Assembly: GCA_965261085.1 (NCBI GenBank)
Contig: OZ253442.1
Span: forward strand, 256,001 to 320,000
Source of the DNA: a bacterium
Lineage (GTDB): Bacteria > UBA8248
Reading direction: 5' to 3'
Length of the DNA: 64,000 nt
Shown: positions 17,991-27,993 of the stretch, in pieces
Layout of the letters: each line of letters starts with the position of its first letter
How positions within the stretch are numbered: position 1 is the first letter of the stretch
The notes under the pieces: model-generated
What the model saw: only the letters and a program-made list of their open reading frames with translations
Databases searched by the model: none
What the model was told of the DNA's origin: nothing
Program-made: the position numbers and the translations under genes

Positions 17991-19811
17991 CTGAGACTGT
18001 GAAAGTATCGACCCTCGTAGTCTCCAGAACGGGGCTCGCTTACGCTTGCAGCCGGCAGGCCGATGGCCGGACACTGTCATCAACCAGGGGAGCAACAACA
18101 CCGCAGAACCGGGAGAGAATCGCCTCGGCGGCCGAGCAGTTCGGGGTCGCGGTCAAGTCTTCGGGGAATCGGGGTCAAGTTCACACGCCAATTGTCCCCA
18201 ACCGCTGTTTTTGCAGACAATACTCCGCAAATGCAGCTTCGCCCAACACATTCATTACCTGCTTGAAGTTGTAACCCAGCGTCATCAGGCTGAATTCGCC
18301 GCGGCACTTGCCGAGTCCGCGCATCAGAAAATGCTCCATCCCCGCCCAGCGCCTGAGTGTACCGAACGGATGCTCGACGAGTTCGCGTCGCCCGCGCATC
18401 AACGGCGCATCGGCGCTCATCTTCCTGCGATGCCGGTCCACCACGTCCTCATGCTCCCAGCGCTGTATCCTGCGCGTCGATCTCGACTTCGCCAGGCATC
18501 GACCCGACAACGAACAATCCCGACAAACAGCCGCCGTCCCGCGATAAATGAAATACAACTTGCCCTTGTTGATTGCCGAGCCGCCTCTTGCCAGCCGCTC
18601 TCCGGCCGGACAGACATACGTGTCATCCTGCGCATCGTAACGGAAATCATCGGCGCCGAATCGCCCGTCCCTGCCCTTGCGGACCGCATGGTCCGGTATC
18701 GAAACATACGCCTCCATGCCCTTCTCTTCGCAACTCTTCAACCCGGCACCGTTGAAATAGCCCGAATCCGCCAGACCCACCAGGCCTTTGCTGCCCATGG
18801 CTTCGCGGGACTTCGTCATCATCGGCTCCAACTGAGCGGAGTCATTGCCGTCCTGCACCACATCCTCCGCGACAATCAGCTTGTGCCTGTCGTCCACCGC
18901 GATTTGACAGTTGTATCCGCCCACCATCTTGCCCTTCTTTATCAGCAACCGCGCATCGTCATCGACCTCGGATACCTGACCCTCTCCGCTCTCCAGCAAG
19001 CGCTTTTGCAATGCCTTCTTCTTTTGTTGCCTCTCGACCAGGGCCTCGAGCTTCGACGCCAGTTCCGGATCCTCCGAACCGTCCGCATACTCTTCCGCAT
19101 CCGCCTCGTCCATCTGCCGGTGATACGCCGCAATCTGCTCGTCCAGACGCTTCAGGTATCTTTCCAGGGATACCCTGGTATGGAAGCTGTCCGGATTCGC
19201 ATCGGCCTTCAGATAAGTCCCGTCAATCGCCACCCGGGTGCCGCCCAGAAGTGAGAGTTCGCGGCACAAGAGTACGAACTCCCGGTTGACCGCCCGAAGA
19301 GCAGCCGCATTGTTCTTGCGAAAATCCGCTATCGTCTTGTAGCTCGGCGACGCACCCTGGCACAGCCAGATCACTTCCAGATTGCGCTGCGTCTCGGCTT
19401 CGAGCCGACGCGAACTCCGTACCCGGTGCTGGTAGCCGTACAGATACAGCTTCAGCAGCAGCGCCGGGTCGAACGCCGGCTGACCGGCGCCGCAGTTCGC
19501 TTCGGCATGCTCGAATCCCAGCGCCTGCAGATCCAGCGTGCCGACGAACGCCTCGATCGCGCGCACCGCATTGTGCTCGGACACGTAGTCGTCCAGACAC
19601 GGCGGAAGTAGCATCATCTGGCTTCGGGACTGCACCTCCTGATAACGTCTCTCGGACATGGTGGTGATCCTTTATCTGGTTGTCTCACTCGCTGATAATG
19701 ATAGCATCTACAGACAATCCGGCCTTCATTCGCCATCGTCTCTCACCTGACTCGTTGAATATCCCCTCATCGAGTCGCTCGACGCTCGTGGGAATACTTT
19801 CACAGTCTCAG
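17991..19811 (-). mobile_element. IS1182-family insertion sequence
   Basis: Perfect inverted repeat CTGAGACTGTGAAAGTAT (17991-18008 / 19794-19811) around the transposase; exact ends uncertain by a few bp. Confidence 0.85.
18181..19659 (-). CDS. IS1182-family DDE transposase
   Basis: GQPAFDP.LLLKLYLYGY, SSRRLE, P.YKTIADFRK, IDGT, ADSGY, CPAG, VEHPFGTL motifs. Confidence 0.93.
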   Translation of the reverse strand: MSERRYQEVQSRSQMMLLPPCLDDYVSEHNAVRAIEAFVGTLDLQALGFEHAEANCGAGQPAFDPALLLKLYLYGYQHRVRSSRRLEAETQRNLEVIWLCQGASPSYKTIADFRKNNAAALRAVNREFVLLCRELSLLGGTRVAIDGTYLKADANPDSFHTRVSLERYLKRLDEQIAAYHRQMDEADAEEYADGSEDPELASKLEALVERQQKKKALQKRLLESGEGQVSEVDDDARLLIKKGKMVGGYNCQIAVDDRHKLIVAEDVVQDGNDSAQLEPMMTKSREAMGSKGLVGLADSGYFNGAGLKSCEEKGMEAYVSIPDHAVRKGRDGRFGADDFRYDAQDDTYVCPAGERLARGGSAINKGKLYFIYRGTAAVCRDCSLSGRCLAKSRSTRRIQRWEHEDVVDRHRRKMSADAPLMRGRRELVEHPFGTLRRWAGMEHFLMRGLGKCRGEFSLMTLGYNFKQVMNVLGEAAFAEYCLQKQRLGTIGV

Positions 19812-20101
19812 ATCGCCTCTGCATCCGAGGCGTCGTTTTTCTGACGTTTAACGTACGCCTTCACATATCGCGGTGGCATGATCTTCACCTCATGGCCGAT
19901 TTCGCCAATCTCGCGGCCCCAATAGTGCGCGTTCCCGCATGCCTCCATCGCGACCCGGCACTGCGGCTGCGATTCTAGAAAACCCAACACCTTCCCCCGC
20001 GTCAGCTTCTTGCGGAACGCGACCGACCCGTCAGGGTTCGCACCGTGAAGTTGAAAACCGTGTTTCGCCAAGTCGATGCCGATGATGTGGACCTGTTTCA
20101 T
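19808..20101 (-). pseudogene. truncated IS110-family transposase (N-terminal DEDD domain only)
   Basis: IIGIDLAK...AMEAC...KND..DAEAI; cut at the IS1182 end; the rest is not seen on the other side. Confidence 0.85.
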
Positions 20102-20310
20102 CTCGCTCCTCCCGCAGGGCGGCAGACCATGTCAACACGCCCAGTTTGATGGCGCCGGGAGGGGCGCAGAAATGCCCCCTCCTACCCGGCCACAAATTTT
20201 GTAAGCATTCGGTCGAGGGGTGATGGTGTCCGCGTAGCTCATTCCGGATAATCGAAGAGATTCCCGTAAGGTGCTGGTAACATCTTCCGGCATGTGGTAA
20301 TCATGTCGGC

Positions 20311-22629
20311 ATGAAGATTTGCACGGAAGCTGTCGAGACGGAGCCGGCGTTGGTCGAGAGGCCGGATGAGCCATGGCCTCATCCCCCCGAGTTGTTCACA
20401 ACCGGAGAGGCGTACTGGCGTTCGCTGTACGAGCGCGAGCGTGCGCGCGCGGAGGCGGCGGAAGCGCGCTGCGAGGAGTTGCGGTGGAAGGAGGTGGATA
20501 CGCGCACGCGGGCGGGTTCGCTGAAGTGGTATCTCGACAACTGCCGGAGGAAGCTTGCCGCGAGCGTCGGGAAGTTGAAGGAAGTCCGCCGCGCGGCGAA
20601 GAAGGACATCCTGGCGCTCGAGGCGGAAGTGGCTCGACAGGAGAAGCTTCTTCGCAAAGCCGGTGTCGAGCCGGGCAAGCGCAGCCCGCTCGCGTCGCTG
20701 CGCAAAGAGGTGGCCCGGTTGCGCAAGGCTCTCTCGGGCGCGTTGCCTCCGGGGGAGGCCGCGCGGCTGCGCAGAGTCGTGGAGAAGCGGGAGAATACGA
20801 TCGAGTCTCTGCGCAAGGAGATTGAGGGGCGGGAGGAGGCGCTCGCCCGGCTGAAGAATCGGCTGGCCTGGGAGAAGCTGGAGACGAAGTCTCAGAAGAA
20901 GACGGTCCAGTGGCGTGACGAGGAGGTCATCCGGCTCTGCGGGAAGTTGCGGGAATTGCGTGACGATTTGCGGGTCTCCCTCAGGGCCGCGGACGTCGCG
21001 AAGGAACGGCTGAAGGAGCGGTTGTTGCGCGCGAAGGAGGCGTTGCGCTCGAGGTCGCCGTCTCGTTCGGACGCGGAACTTCGCAAGGCCCTGGGGAGGT
21101 CGCGGCGTCAGAAGACGGCGCTCAGGTCCCTCTCCAGGGAGAACGGGCGGTTGTGCCGTGCGCTTCGCAAGTCGGAGACCCACAGGGCGCGGCTGGAGGC
21201 CGAGCTCGCGAAGCTTCGCGCCACCGGAGCGGTGCTGGCGAGAAGGCTGTTCGGGCGCGGGAGCGAACGACAGGAGAGGCCACGCTCGGAGCGCAGGCGC
21301 GGCGGGCAGCCCGGCGCCCAAGGCCATGGCCGCACCCCGCGGCCCGCGCTCGGGGAGAGGACCGAAGTTCGCAACCCGCCGGCCAGCGCGCGCGTCTGCG
21401 CCGGTTGCGGGCAGCCCTACGTGGCGAACGGCGCACGCATGTCGAGCATCGTCGAGATCGAAGTCTCGGCCTACAGGCGGGTCATACGCCGTCCGAGGTG
21501 GCGCCGGGTGTGCGCGTGCGCGTCGTCTCCCATGGAAGTGTCGGCGCCGCCTGCGCCGCGCCTGTTTGCGGGCACGTCTTACGGGACGAGCGTCTGGGCG
21601 CGCCTGCTGTTCGAGCGCTACGCCTGCTTCCGCCCACTCAACCGGGTCGCCGCGTGGCTCTCCGACCAGGGACTTCCGGTCTCCGCGGGCACGCTGGGCG
21701 ACAGCACACACCGCTTCACGCCGCTGTTCGAGCCGCTGGCCCGGGCGATCCTCGCCCGCCAGAACGAGGCGGCGGTGCGCCATGGGGACGAGACGACGTG
21801 GCGCGTACAGTCGCTTCGCGAGCAAGGACGCTCGAGCCGCGCCTGGCTGTGGGCCTCGGTAAGCACAGACTCCGTCTACTTCCACGTCGACCCCTCGAGG
21901 AGCGCCGATGTCGCGATGAAGCTGTTCGGCGCGGCCGGCCCCCATACAGTCATCGTCTGCGACCGCTACAGCGCCTACAAGAAGCTGGCGCGCGAACTCG
22001 ACGGCGCCGTGAGTCTTGGCTTCTGCTGGAGCCACGTTCGGCGCGATTATATCCACTGCGCCGCCGGCGATGCGCGGCTGACGTCGTGGTGTGAGAGATG
22101 GATCGGGCGGATTGCGCTGCTCTACCGCCTGAACGAGGCGCGCCTGGCCCGTTACGACTCAGGCTTCGAACGCCAGGACGCGGCGTTCGAAGCGGCGCAG
22201 GCCGCGCTCAAGAAGGCGCTCGATAGCCTGTTCGCGCAGGCCCGACGGGAACTGTCGGCCCTGCCGGCGCAGGTGCGCGAGGGCAAGGCGCTTCGCTCAC
22301 TGCTGAACCACCGCGAAGGGCTGAGCGTCTTCGTCGAGCGCCCCTCGGTGCCAATGGATAATAACGCCGTCGAGCGCGCGCTTAGGGGACCGGTGATCGG
22401 GAGGCGGCTCTCGTTCGGCTCCGTGAGTGAGGCCGGCGCCAGGTTCTCGGCGATGATGTACTCGGTCCTCGGCACCCTCGCGTCGAACGGCATCGACCCG
22501 CTCCGCTGGCTGGAGGCATGGCTCACGGCCTGCGCGGAGAACGGCGACCGGGCGCCCGGGGACCTCTCCGCGTGGCTGCCCTGGTCGATGAATGAGGAGC
22601 GCAGGCGCGCCCTCATGGCGCCGGGATGA
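20311..22629 (+). CDS. IS66-family transposase (TnpC) with long N-terminal coiled coil
   Basis: LFGRGSE, GGQPG..GHGR, CxxC zinc finger, HGDETTW, CDRYSAY, CWSHVRR, DNNAVERALR motifs. Confidence 0.92.
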   Translation: MKICTEAVETEPALVERPDEPWPHPPELFTTGEAYWRSLYERERARAEAAEARCEELRWKEVDTRTRAGSLKWYLDNCRRKLAASVGKLKEVRRAAKKDILALEAEVARQEKLLRKAGVEPGKRSPLASLRKEVARLRKALSGALPPGEAARLRRVVEKRENTIESLRKEIEGREEALARLKNRLAWEKLETKSQKKTVQWRDEEVIRLCGKLRELRDDLRVSLRAADVAKERLKERLLRAKEALRSRSPSRSDAELRKALGRSRRQKTALRSLSRENGRLCRALRKSETHRARLEAELAKLRATGAVLARRLFGRGSERQERPRSERRRGGQPGAQGHGRTPRPALGERTEVRNPPASARVCAGCGQPYVANGARMSSIVEIEVSAYRRVIRRPRWRRVCACASSPMEVSAPPAPRLFAGTSYGTSVWARLLFERYACFRPLNRVAAWLSDQGLPVSAGTLGDSTHRFTPLFEPLARAILARQNEAAVRHGDETTWRVQSLREQGRSSRAWLWASVSTDSVYFHVDPSRSADVAMKLFGAAGPHTVIVCDRYSAYKKLARELDGAVSLGFCWSHVRRDYIHCAAGDARLTSWCERWIGRIALLYRLNEARLARYDSGFERQDAAFEAAQAALKKALDSLFAQARRELSALPAQVREGKALRSLLNHREGLSVFVERPSVPMDNNAVERALRGPVIGRRLSFGSVSEAGARFSAMMYSVLGTLASNGIDPLRWLEAWLTACAENGDRAPGDLSAWLPWSMNEERRRALMAPG

Positions 22630-22633
22630 CGCC

Positions 22634-23506
22634 GTGACCGAGTGCCGCTACTACGGGCGCGACTTCACGACGGAAGAGATGGCGCTGCTGCGCGCGCTGA
22701 TCGCAGGCTCTCCTGCGCTCAACCGCCATGCGCTCTCGAAGGAGTTCTGCCGCCGCATCGGCTGGTACAAGCCCGACGGCGGACTCAAGGACATGATGGC
22801 ACGGGTGACCATGCTCGCCATGGACAAGGACGGCCTGATCACGCTCCCCCCGCCGATGCGGCCACGCCACGCGGCTCGGCCAATCGTCTTCGGACCCGAC
22901 ACCGAAGCGCCTCTCATCCCGTCGCCGACCACCCTCGATGAGGTCCGCCCCATCGGGATGCGCATCGTCGTGCGCGGAACCCGCGAGGGCCAGCTCTGGA
23001 ACGAGTTCGTCGCCCGCTACCACTACCTCGGTTACAAGACCCTCGTCGGCGCACAGATGCGCTACGCCGTCCACGACCGCGACGGCAGGCCCCTCGCCAT
23101 GCTCGGCTTCTCCACCGCCGCGTGGAAGCTCGCCCCGCGCGACAGCTTCATCGGCTGGACGCCCAAGCTGCGTGAGAAGAACCTCCCCTTCGTGGTCGAC
23201 AACCCGAGGTTCCTCATCCTGCCATGGATCAAAATCCCCAACCTCGGCTCGCACCTCCTCGCCATCATCCGCAGGCGCCTGCCCGGGGACTGGACCGAAC
23301 GCTATGGCGTCACCCCCGTGCTCGTCGAGACCTTCGTCGAAACGCCCCGCTACACCGGAGCCGTCTACAGGGCATCGGGATGGATTCCCGTTGGAACCAC
23401 CCAGGGACGAGGGCGCTACGACAGGGACAGACGCTACGACAAGCCCAAAAAGGACGTCTGGCTAAGGCCGCTCCGCAGCAACTGGAAGCAAGTCCTCAGC
23501 CGCTGA
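22634..23506 (+). CDS. DUF4338-family (Druantia DruA-related) protein
   Basis: GTG start 22634; LWNEFVARYHYLGY, GAQMRY, RDSFIGW, RFLILPW, PNLGSHLL, ETFVE...G.VYRASGW..VG.TQGRGR motifs. Confidence 0.85.
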   Translation: MTECRYYGRDFTTEEMALLRALIAGSPALNRHALSKEFCRRIGWYKPDGGLKDMMARVTMLAMDKDGLITLPPPMRPRHAARPIVFGPDTEAPLIPSPTTLDEVRPIGMRIVVRGTREGQLWNEFVARYHYLGYKTLVGAQMRYAVHDRDGRPLAMLGFSTAAWKLAPRDSFIGWTPKLREKNLPFVVDNPRFLILPWIKIPNLGSHLLAIIRRRLPGDWTERYGVTPVLVETFVETPRYTGAVYRASGWIPVGTTQGRGRYDRDRRYDKPKKDVWLRPLRSNWKQVLSR

Positions 23507-23550
23507 AACAAACCCCATCACCCCTCGACCGAATGTGTATGGACGCGCCC

Positions 23551-23806
23551 CAAAATGCAAGCTTTTTCTTCGGACAGTTCGGCGCAATGTGGTCAGGCGC
23601 AGTCGTGTATTCGGCCTCTAGATTGCGGCGTTTCCCTCTTGCCACGGGCCCGTATGGAGATGCGCGGATCGGGTCCGAATCGCTTACGCGAGCTTGAAAG
23701 CTCTCCATTCAGGTCCTGGTTTTCCCGATCCCGTCTCATTGACCGTATGCCCCTTACCTGTCCTCCGACCTGCTCACATTCCCGGCATTATCCGCTCGCC
23801 TGCCGC
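23551..23806 (-). ncRNA. putative seekRNA/bridge-type guide RNA region of the IS1111 element
   Basis: Position 3' of tnp as in IS1111 elements; contains GTAAGCGATTCGG (23687-23675), matching target GTAAGC|ATTCGG with one extra base. Confidence 0.6.
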
Positions 23807-24832
23807 TCAGGCGGCCGGCACCGGCTCCTTGTAGACCTCTTTTTTCGTCATCAGCGCCCAGGCGATGCGCGCCATCCTGTTGGCCAGCGCCACCGCGACC
23901 AGCATACGCGGCTTTCGCGCCAGCATCCGGGCCAGCCATGAGCCCGGCGGAGCGCCGCGCCGGACCGCCCAGCGCACCACCGTCATCGCGCCTATGATCA
24001 ACAACCGCCTGACGTCGCGCTGGCCCATCTTCGATATCCTGCCCAGCCGGGGCTTGCCACCGGTGGAGTGCTGCCGCGGGACGAGCCCGAGCCAGGCGGA
24101 GAAGTCGCGACCGCGCCGGAAGCTTTCCATCGGCGGCGCGAAGGCCTGGATCGCCATCGCCCCGATCGCCCCGATCCCCGGTATGCTCATCAGGCGCCTC
24201 GCCTCCTCGTCTTGGCGCGCACTCGCGAGAAGTTGCCTCTCCAACTCCCCGATCTTCGCATTGAGGCCGGCGATCTGATCGAGCAGAACCCCGCCCAGAT
24301 CGCGGACCGCCTCGGGCAGGCCCAAGCCCGGATCTGCAACGGCCGACGCCAGCCGCGCGACATGGGCGGGACCCTGGGGAGCAACGACGCCGAACTCCGC
24401 CAGATGGCCGCGCAGCGCGTTGATCGTCTGGGTGCGCTGTCGCACCAGCAAATCGCGCGTGCGGAACAGCATCCCTCGGGCCTGCTGCTCTTCAGTCTTC
24501 ACGGCCACGAAGTGCATGGTCGGGCGAGAGGCCGACTCGCAGATCGCCTCCGCATCAGCCTCGTCGTTCTTGTGGCGCTTGACGAAGGGTTTCACGTAGA
24601 TCGGCGGGATAAGCTTCACCTCATGGCCGAGCTTGCCGATCTCACGCCCCCAGTAGTGCGCGCTCGCACATGCCTCCATCGCCACCAGGCACCGCGGCTG
24701 CGAAGCCAGAAAGCCCAACACCTTCGCCCTGGTAAGCTTCTTCCGGAACGCGACCGATCCGTCCGGGCGCGTGCCGTGGAGTTGAAAGCTCTGTTTTGCC
24801 AGATCGATGCCGATGATGTGAACCTGTTCCAT
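23807..24832 (-). CDS. IS110-family recombinase/transposase
   Basis: Start ATG 24832; IGIDLAK, MEAC, KND..DAEAI, SIPGIG, WLGLVPRQHSTGGK..LGRISKMG. Confidence 0.95.
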   Translation of the reverse strand: MEQVHIIGIDLAKQSFQLHGTRPDGSVAFRKKLTRAKVLGFLASQPRCLVAMEACASAHYWGREIGKLGHEVKLIPPIYVKPFVKRHKNDEADAEAICESASRPTMHFVAVKTEEQQARGMLFRTRDLLVRQRTQTINALRGHLAEFGVVAPQGPAHVARLASAVADPGLGLPEAVRDLGGVLLDQIAGLNAKIGELERQLLASARQDEEARRLMSIPGIGAIGAMAIQAFAPPMESFRRGRDFSAWLGLVPRQHSTGGKPRLGRISKMGQRDVRRLLIIGAMTVVRWAVRRGAPPGSWLARMLARKPRMLVAVALANRMARIAWALMTKKEVYKEPVPAA

Positions 24833-24924
24833 GGATTCCCCTCCTGCAGGGCGGTAACGACACCACCTCACCACAGTGTGATGCCTTCGGGAGGGCGCGT
24901 CCATCCCATCGCTTACCAAATTTT

Positions 24925-25080
24925 CGGACACATATACACCAGGATGCGCAGAGGTTTTAATGAATCCGCTTTCGGTTTGATTACGGCCTGCGGCAGGAGA
25001 ATTCCAACAGGTATGGACAGGTCTAATATCTGACATAATATCAATAGGTTATATGGATTCTGCCGACGATGAAAAAGGCC
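24925..25080 (+). repeat. dispersed ~150-bp element, copy 4
   Basis: Core CGCTTTCGGTTTGATTAC at 24967; perfect IHF consensus TATCAATAGGTTA 25039-25051; TGAAAA at +103. Confidence 0.6.
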
Positions 25081-25398
25081 CGAAACATCCAATGCACCTG
25101 ATTTATCGAAAAACCCCGTGAATTTATCGATATTTATCGTATTTTTCAGAAATTATTATTTGCATAAAATGGCGTTTCATCACTTCCGAACGAGCCCAGC
25201 CATCTTGTTCCACTTCGAACCGAAAAGCATCCCCGCTTCGTCGTCGCCTCACGCTTGGTAGTAACGATCATCCTCTTCACTCCACCTCGGAGTCACCCGG
25301 AATCAGAACCGGCGAAAGCGCCGCTTCGGGTGAGCGCGCCATTCCAGATTCCAGGATTTCACGCTCACGGCAAATGCGGTGTAGAACCCGACCAAGCA

Positions 25399-25586
25399 GG
25401 GCTGTTGAAAAAGTCCTGATTTCGTGCTTTGGCGAATGGTACCAACCGGGCAAGGGTTCCGTAGGGACAGGCCCCCGTGCCTGTCCGAGGTCGCTACGAG
25501 GCGGTGCGGCTTTGTTCGTCATTCCGGCGAAAGCCGGAATGACGGCGGTGGTCAATTCCGAGCGAGGAGGGGTTTTTCCAACTACC
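25399..25586. repeat. MITE-like unit with IS1182-like ends enclosing two REP-like hairpins
   Basis: GGGCTGTTGAAAAAGTCC left end; GTAG-GGACAGGC..GCCTGTCC hairpin; CGTCATTCCGGC-GAAA-GCCGGAATGACG hairpin; degenerate right end GGGGTTTTTCCAACTACC. Confidence 0.5.
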
Positions 25587-25701
25587 ACGGGGAGCGAGCG
25601 TTTGCCGACCGATGAAAGAGGGTCAGCGAAAATTGGGTCGTGGATTTAGGCTTAGAAAAAAAGGCTACGAGAAATTCAGGAATGCCGAGGTGCCTGCCCG
25701 T

Positions 25702-25816
25702 ATGAAAGTGGCGGAGAGGGTCGACCTGTGACTGATCAGACAGGACTAAGCAGGTCAGCAGCAGAAGGCGTGGTCGATGCCGCGTTCAAGACGGTTGGCG
25801 AGGCCCTTGCAAACGA
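25702..25816 (+). pseudogene. fragment of an HU/IHF-family DNA-binding protein gene
   Basis: DQTGLSRSAAEGVVDAAFKTVGEALAN resembles HU helices 1-2; beta-arm missing. Confidence 0.55.
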
Positions 25817-25913
25817 TCAGTCGCTTTTGGTCAAGCCGGGTTCGAAAGGTACAATAGTCAACCCCATGTGTGTGGGATGGGGTGCGTCCACGCCTTACAA
25901 AGAGATTGCCAGA

Positions 25914-27412
25914 ATGGAAATCGAACAAAAACACGCAGTCAAATTGGAAATACCCAAAATAGAAAAATCAAATTTATCGCGTGCCGTCGATTACTACCGG
26001 AAAATATCTTACCATCGAGGGTTGGTTCTCGAGGGAATAAGGCTCTGTGCGATGAGGAATCGCGGATTTTGGCACGGAATATACGAAGAGCTATTACAGG
26101 AGAAACGGAGACCGGTTAAACGAGAAGTGGTCGAGGAGCGCATACGCAATATCCAGAAAGAAAGAGGTGAGGCGGCGTATCAGCAGGTTTTACGGGAGTA
26201 CAACAACCAACGGATCGAAGCAGGTCTAGATCCGGCAAAGGATGGAGGTCCCTTCTGGGTTGCACATGAGGTGAAGTCATCCATGGAGCAGAGATTGGTA
26301 GTGCCAATAACGTTTTTCAGCTGGGAAATATACATGTGTCTATTGTACGTAGAAATTGAAGCGTACAGATCGCATACGCAAGGATTCCAGAGTTAGGAAA
26401 TAAGGGGATAGACAAGTTTTTCAGGAAGAATCGGCGTATTTTAGGTGCATTGAAAGAATACAGGGATAAAGTGCTTCACCCGCAGGCAAAGGTAAGTGAG
26501 GAACAAGTAGCCGACCGGTTCTTCGATTTGTTGGAGAACACCAGCAACAACGAAATAGATTTGGTTTTTACAATACAACGGATGATTGATTGTCACATCC
26601 AAGGCGTGGGGTTGGGAATCATCCAGAGTATGGACGCAGAACTGGTTGAACTCTTAGATATACTCAAGTCGGGACAAAGACTTCCCATGAAAGGACATGA
26701 TAAGTTCGAGGTATGGATGGACCAAATTGGGTATATTACACCAAACACAAATCTGATGACGCCGGAACAGTTCGGGGGCACCACGAGGGAGGGTCAGGCG
26801 CCAAATCTCTCAATGACAAATGTGGTAGGGCTAGTTTCAAGAATGATGGAACACCGAACCAAGCGAGATGGGCCTACTGGGCAGGGACTAGAACTACCTG
26901 GAGACACCGGTTACGGACGGATGCTAATGAGGGCTTTCATTCTCATGTCCGAAGGAATGGGGCTCGTGGACACGGCGAAGTTACTAGGGTCGGAAGATCC
27001 AAGAACTTTACCGTTGTCAGAGATATGGAAGACCGTGAAAGAGGGGGCCGAACCAGAAACTCGACAGGAAGTGCAAAACCTGATGGCATTGGAACGCGTA
27101 GCGATCGCAATGATTCATGAACCGATACGGACCTACCACAAGATGGTGAAAAGGCACAGGGTTCGAGTGCCAGAGTGGATGGCACAGTCCATTCCGACGG
27201 AGAAAACATATCAGAAGCTGCGCGACTTCAGGAACGTAGTTTTTCACGTAAAGGTCGAGAAACACAGTCCGGACAAGCTTGAATGGGGATGGATACAACA
27301 CACGGCAAAGCACCCAACAATCGACATAATTCACGCCTTGCTCACGTTTTACGGATTTGGGAATGGGTTTGAGGAACTACGTGCGCGGGCGCGAGATAAC
27401 CGCGGGGTGTAA
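25914..27412 (+). pseudogene. frameshifted ~500-aa protein with two HEPN-like R-x4-H motifs
   Basis: ATG 25914; the frame of ORF 26450..27412 is open upstream past the first stop (…ARIPELGNKGIDKFFRKNRRILGALKEYRDKVLHP); motifs RDKVLH and RNVVFH. Confidence 0.55.
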
Positions 27413-27993
27413 GCGGTTTGCGGGGTCGAACCGGAATGCGCGGAGGTCGACGTATAGGCGGTTCGCGACCGCGGCGACCCGCTGGACGATCTGGCTTATT
27501 TCCGAGGCTGGGAGAAGGGGATGGAAGCGGTGGCAGAGTTGTGGCGTGTGCGGCCATGATCACCGACCAAGAGAAAAAATCGTCCGGGCAGCGAAAAAAG
27601 AGGGCGGCGGCGTCATCATCAACCCCCTGTTCAGTGACATGACCTCCAATGTGATGTGAGTCGCCTTCGTCAAGCGCTACGGCCTGGGCAGCGGCTTTAA
27701 GCTCCGCATCGTCAGAAAGGGAACTGGCTAGACCGTCGCGAATGCCGCTGCGCCGGCAGCACGTATTGCTGCGGGATTTTAAGCCGCGCGAATATGCAAT
27801 GGCGAGCCCGCGCGGGATATGGACAGGCGGTACGTCTGTAATGTTCGGACTTGAGACGCGACTTCCGTGCCGAAGCCGAGGAAGGTGGCCCGCATCTAAG
27901 GACAAACGCTTCAAACCCGCAAAGGAACTCTTCCCTCCTCGGTCAGTAAGAGCGAGAGGCCGGCGTAACTGCTTTATATGTCGTGTGTGGTTT

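Larger units (their letters stand above)
23535..24910 (-). mobile_element. IS110-family element, IS1111 subgroup
   Basis: 12-bp sub-terminal IR ATGGACGCGCCC (23539-23550 / 24893-24904); long non-coding region 3' of the transposase; no target duplication; removal restores the IS66 IR. Confidence 0.9.
20201..24916 (+). mobile_element. IS66-family element (no tnpA/tnpB) with DUF4338 passenger; right IR interrupted by IS110
   Basis: Left IR GTAAGCATTCGGTCGAGGGGTGATGG 20201-20226; right IR = 23515-23534 + 24911-24916; 8-bp target duplication CAAATTTT at 20193-20200 and 24917-24924. Confidence 0.9.

Noticed and set aside
22634-23506. Complete Druantia defence system
   Set aside because: No DruE helicase or other dru genes; the gene lies inside IS66 IRs.
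25914-27412. Cas13 / CRISPR system
   Set aside because: Too short for known Cas13, and no repeat-spacer array or cas genes in the window.
27420-27990. ORF fragments between the dual-HEPN gene and nuoN
   Set aside because: No recognisable family or consistent frame; probably decayed sequence.
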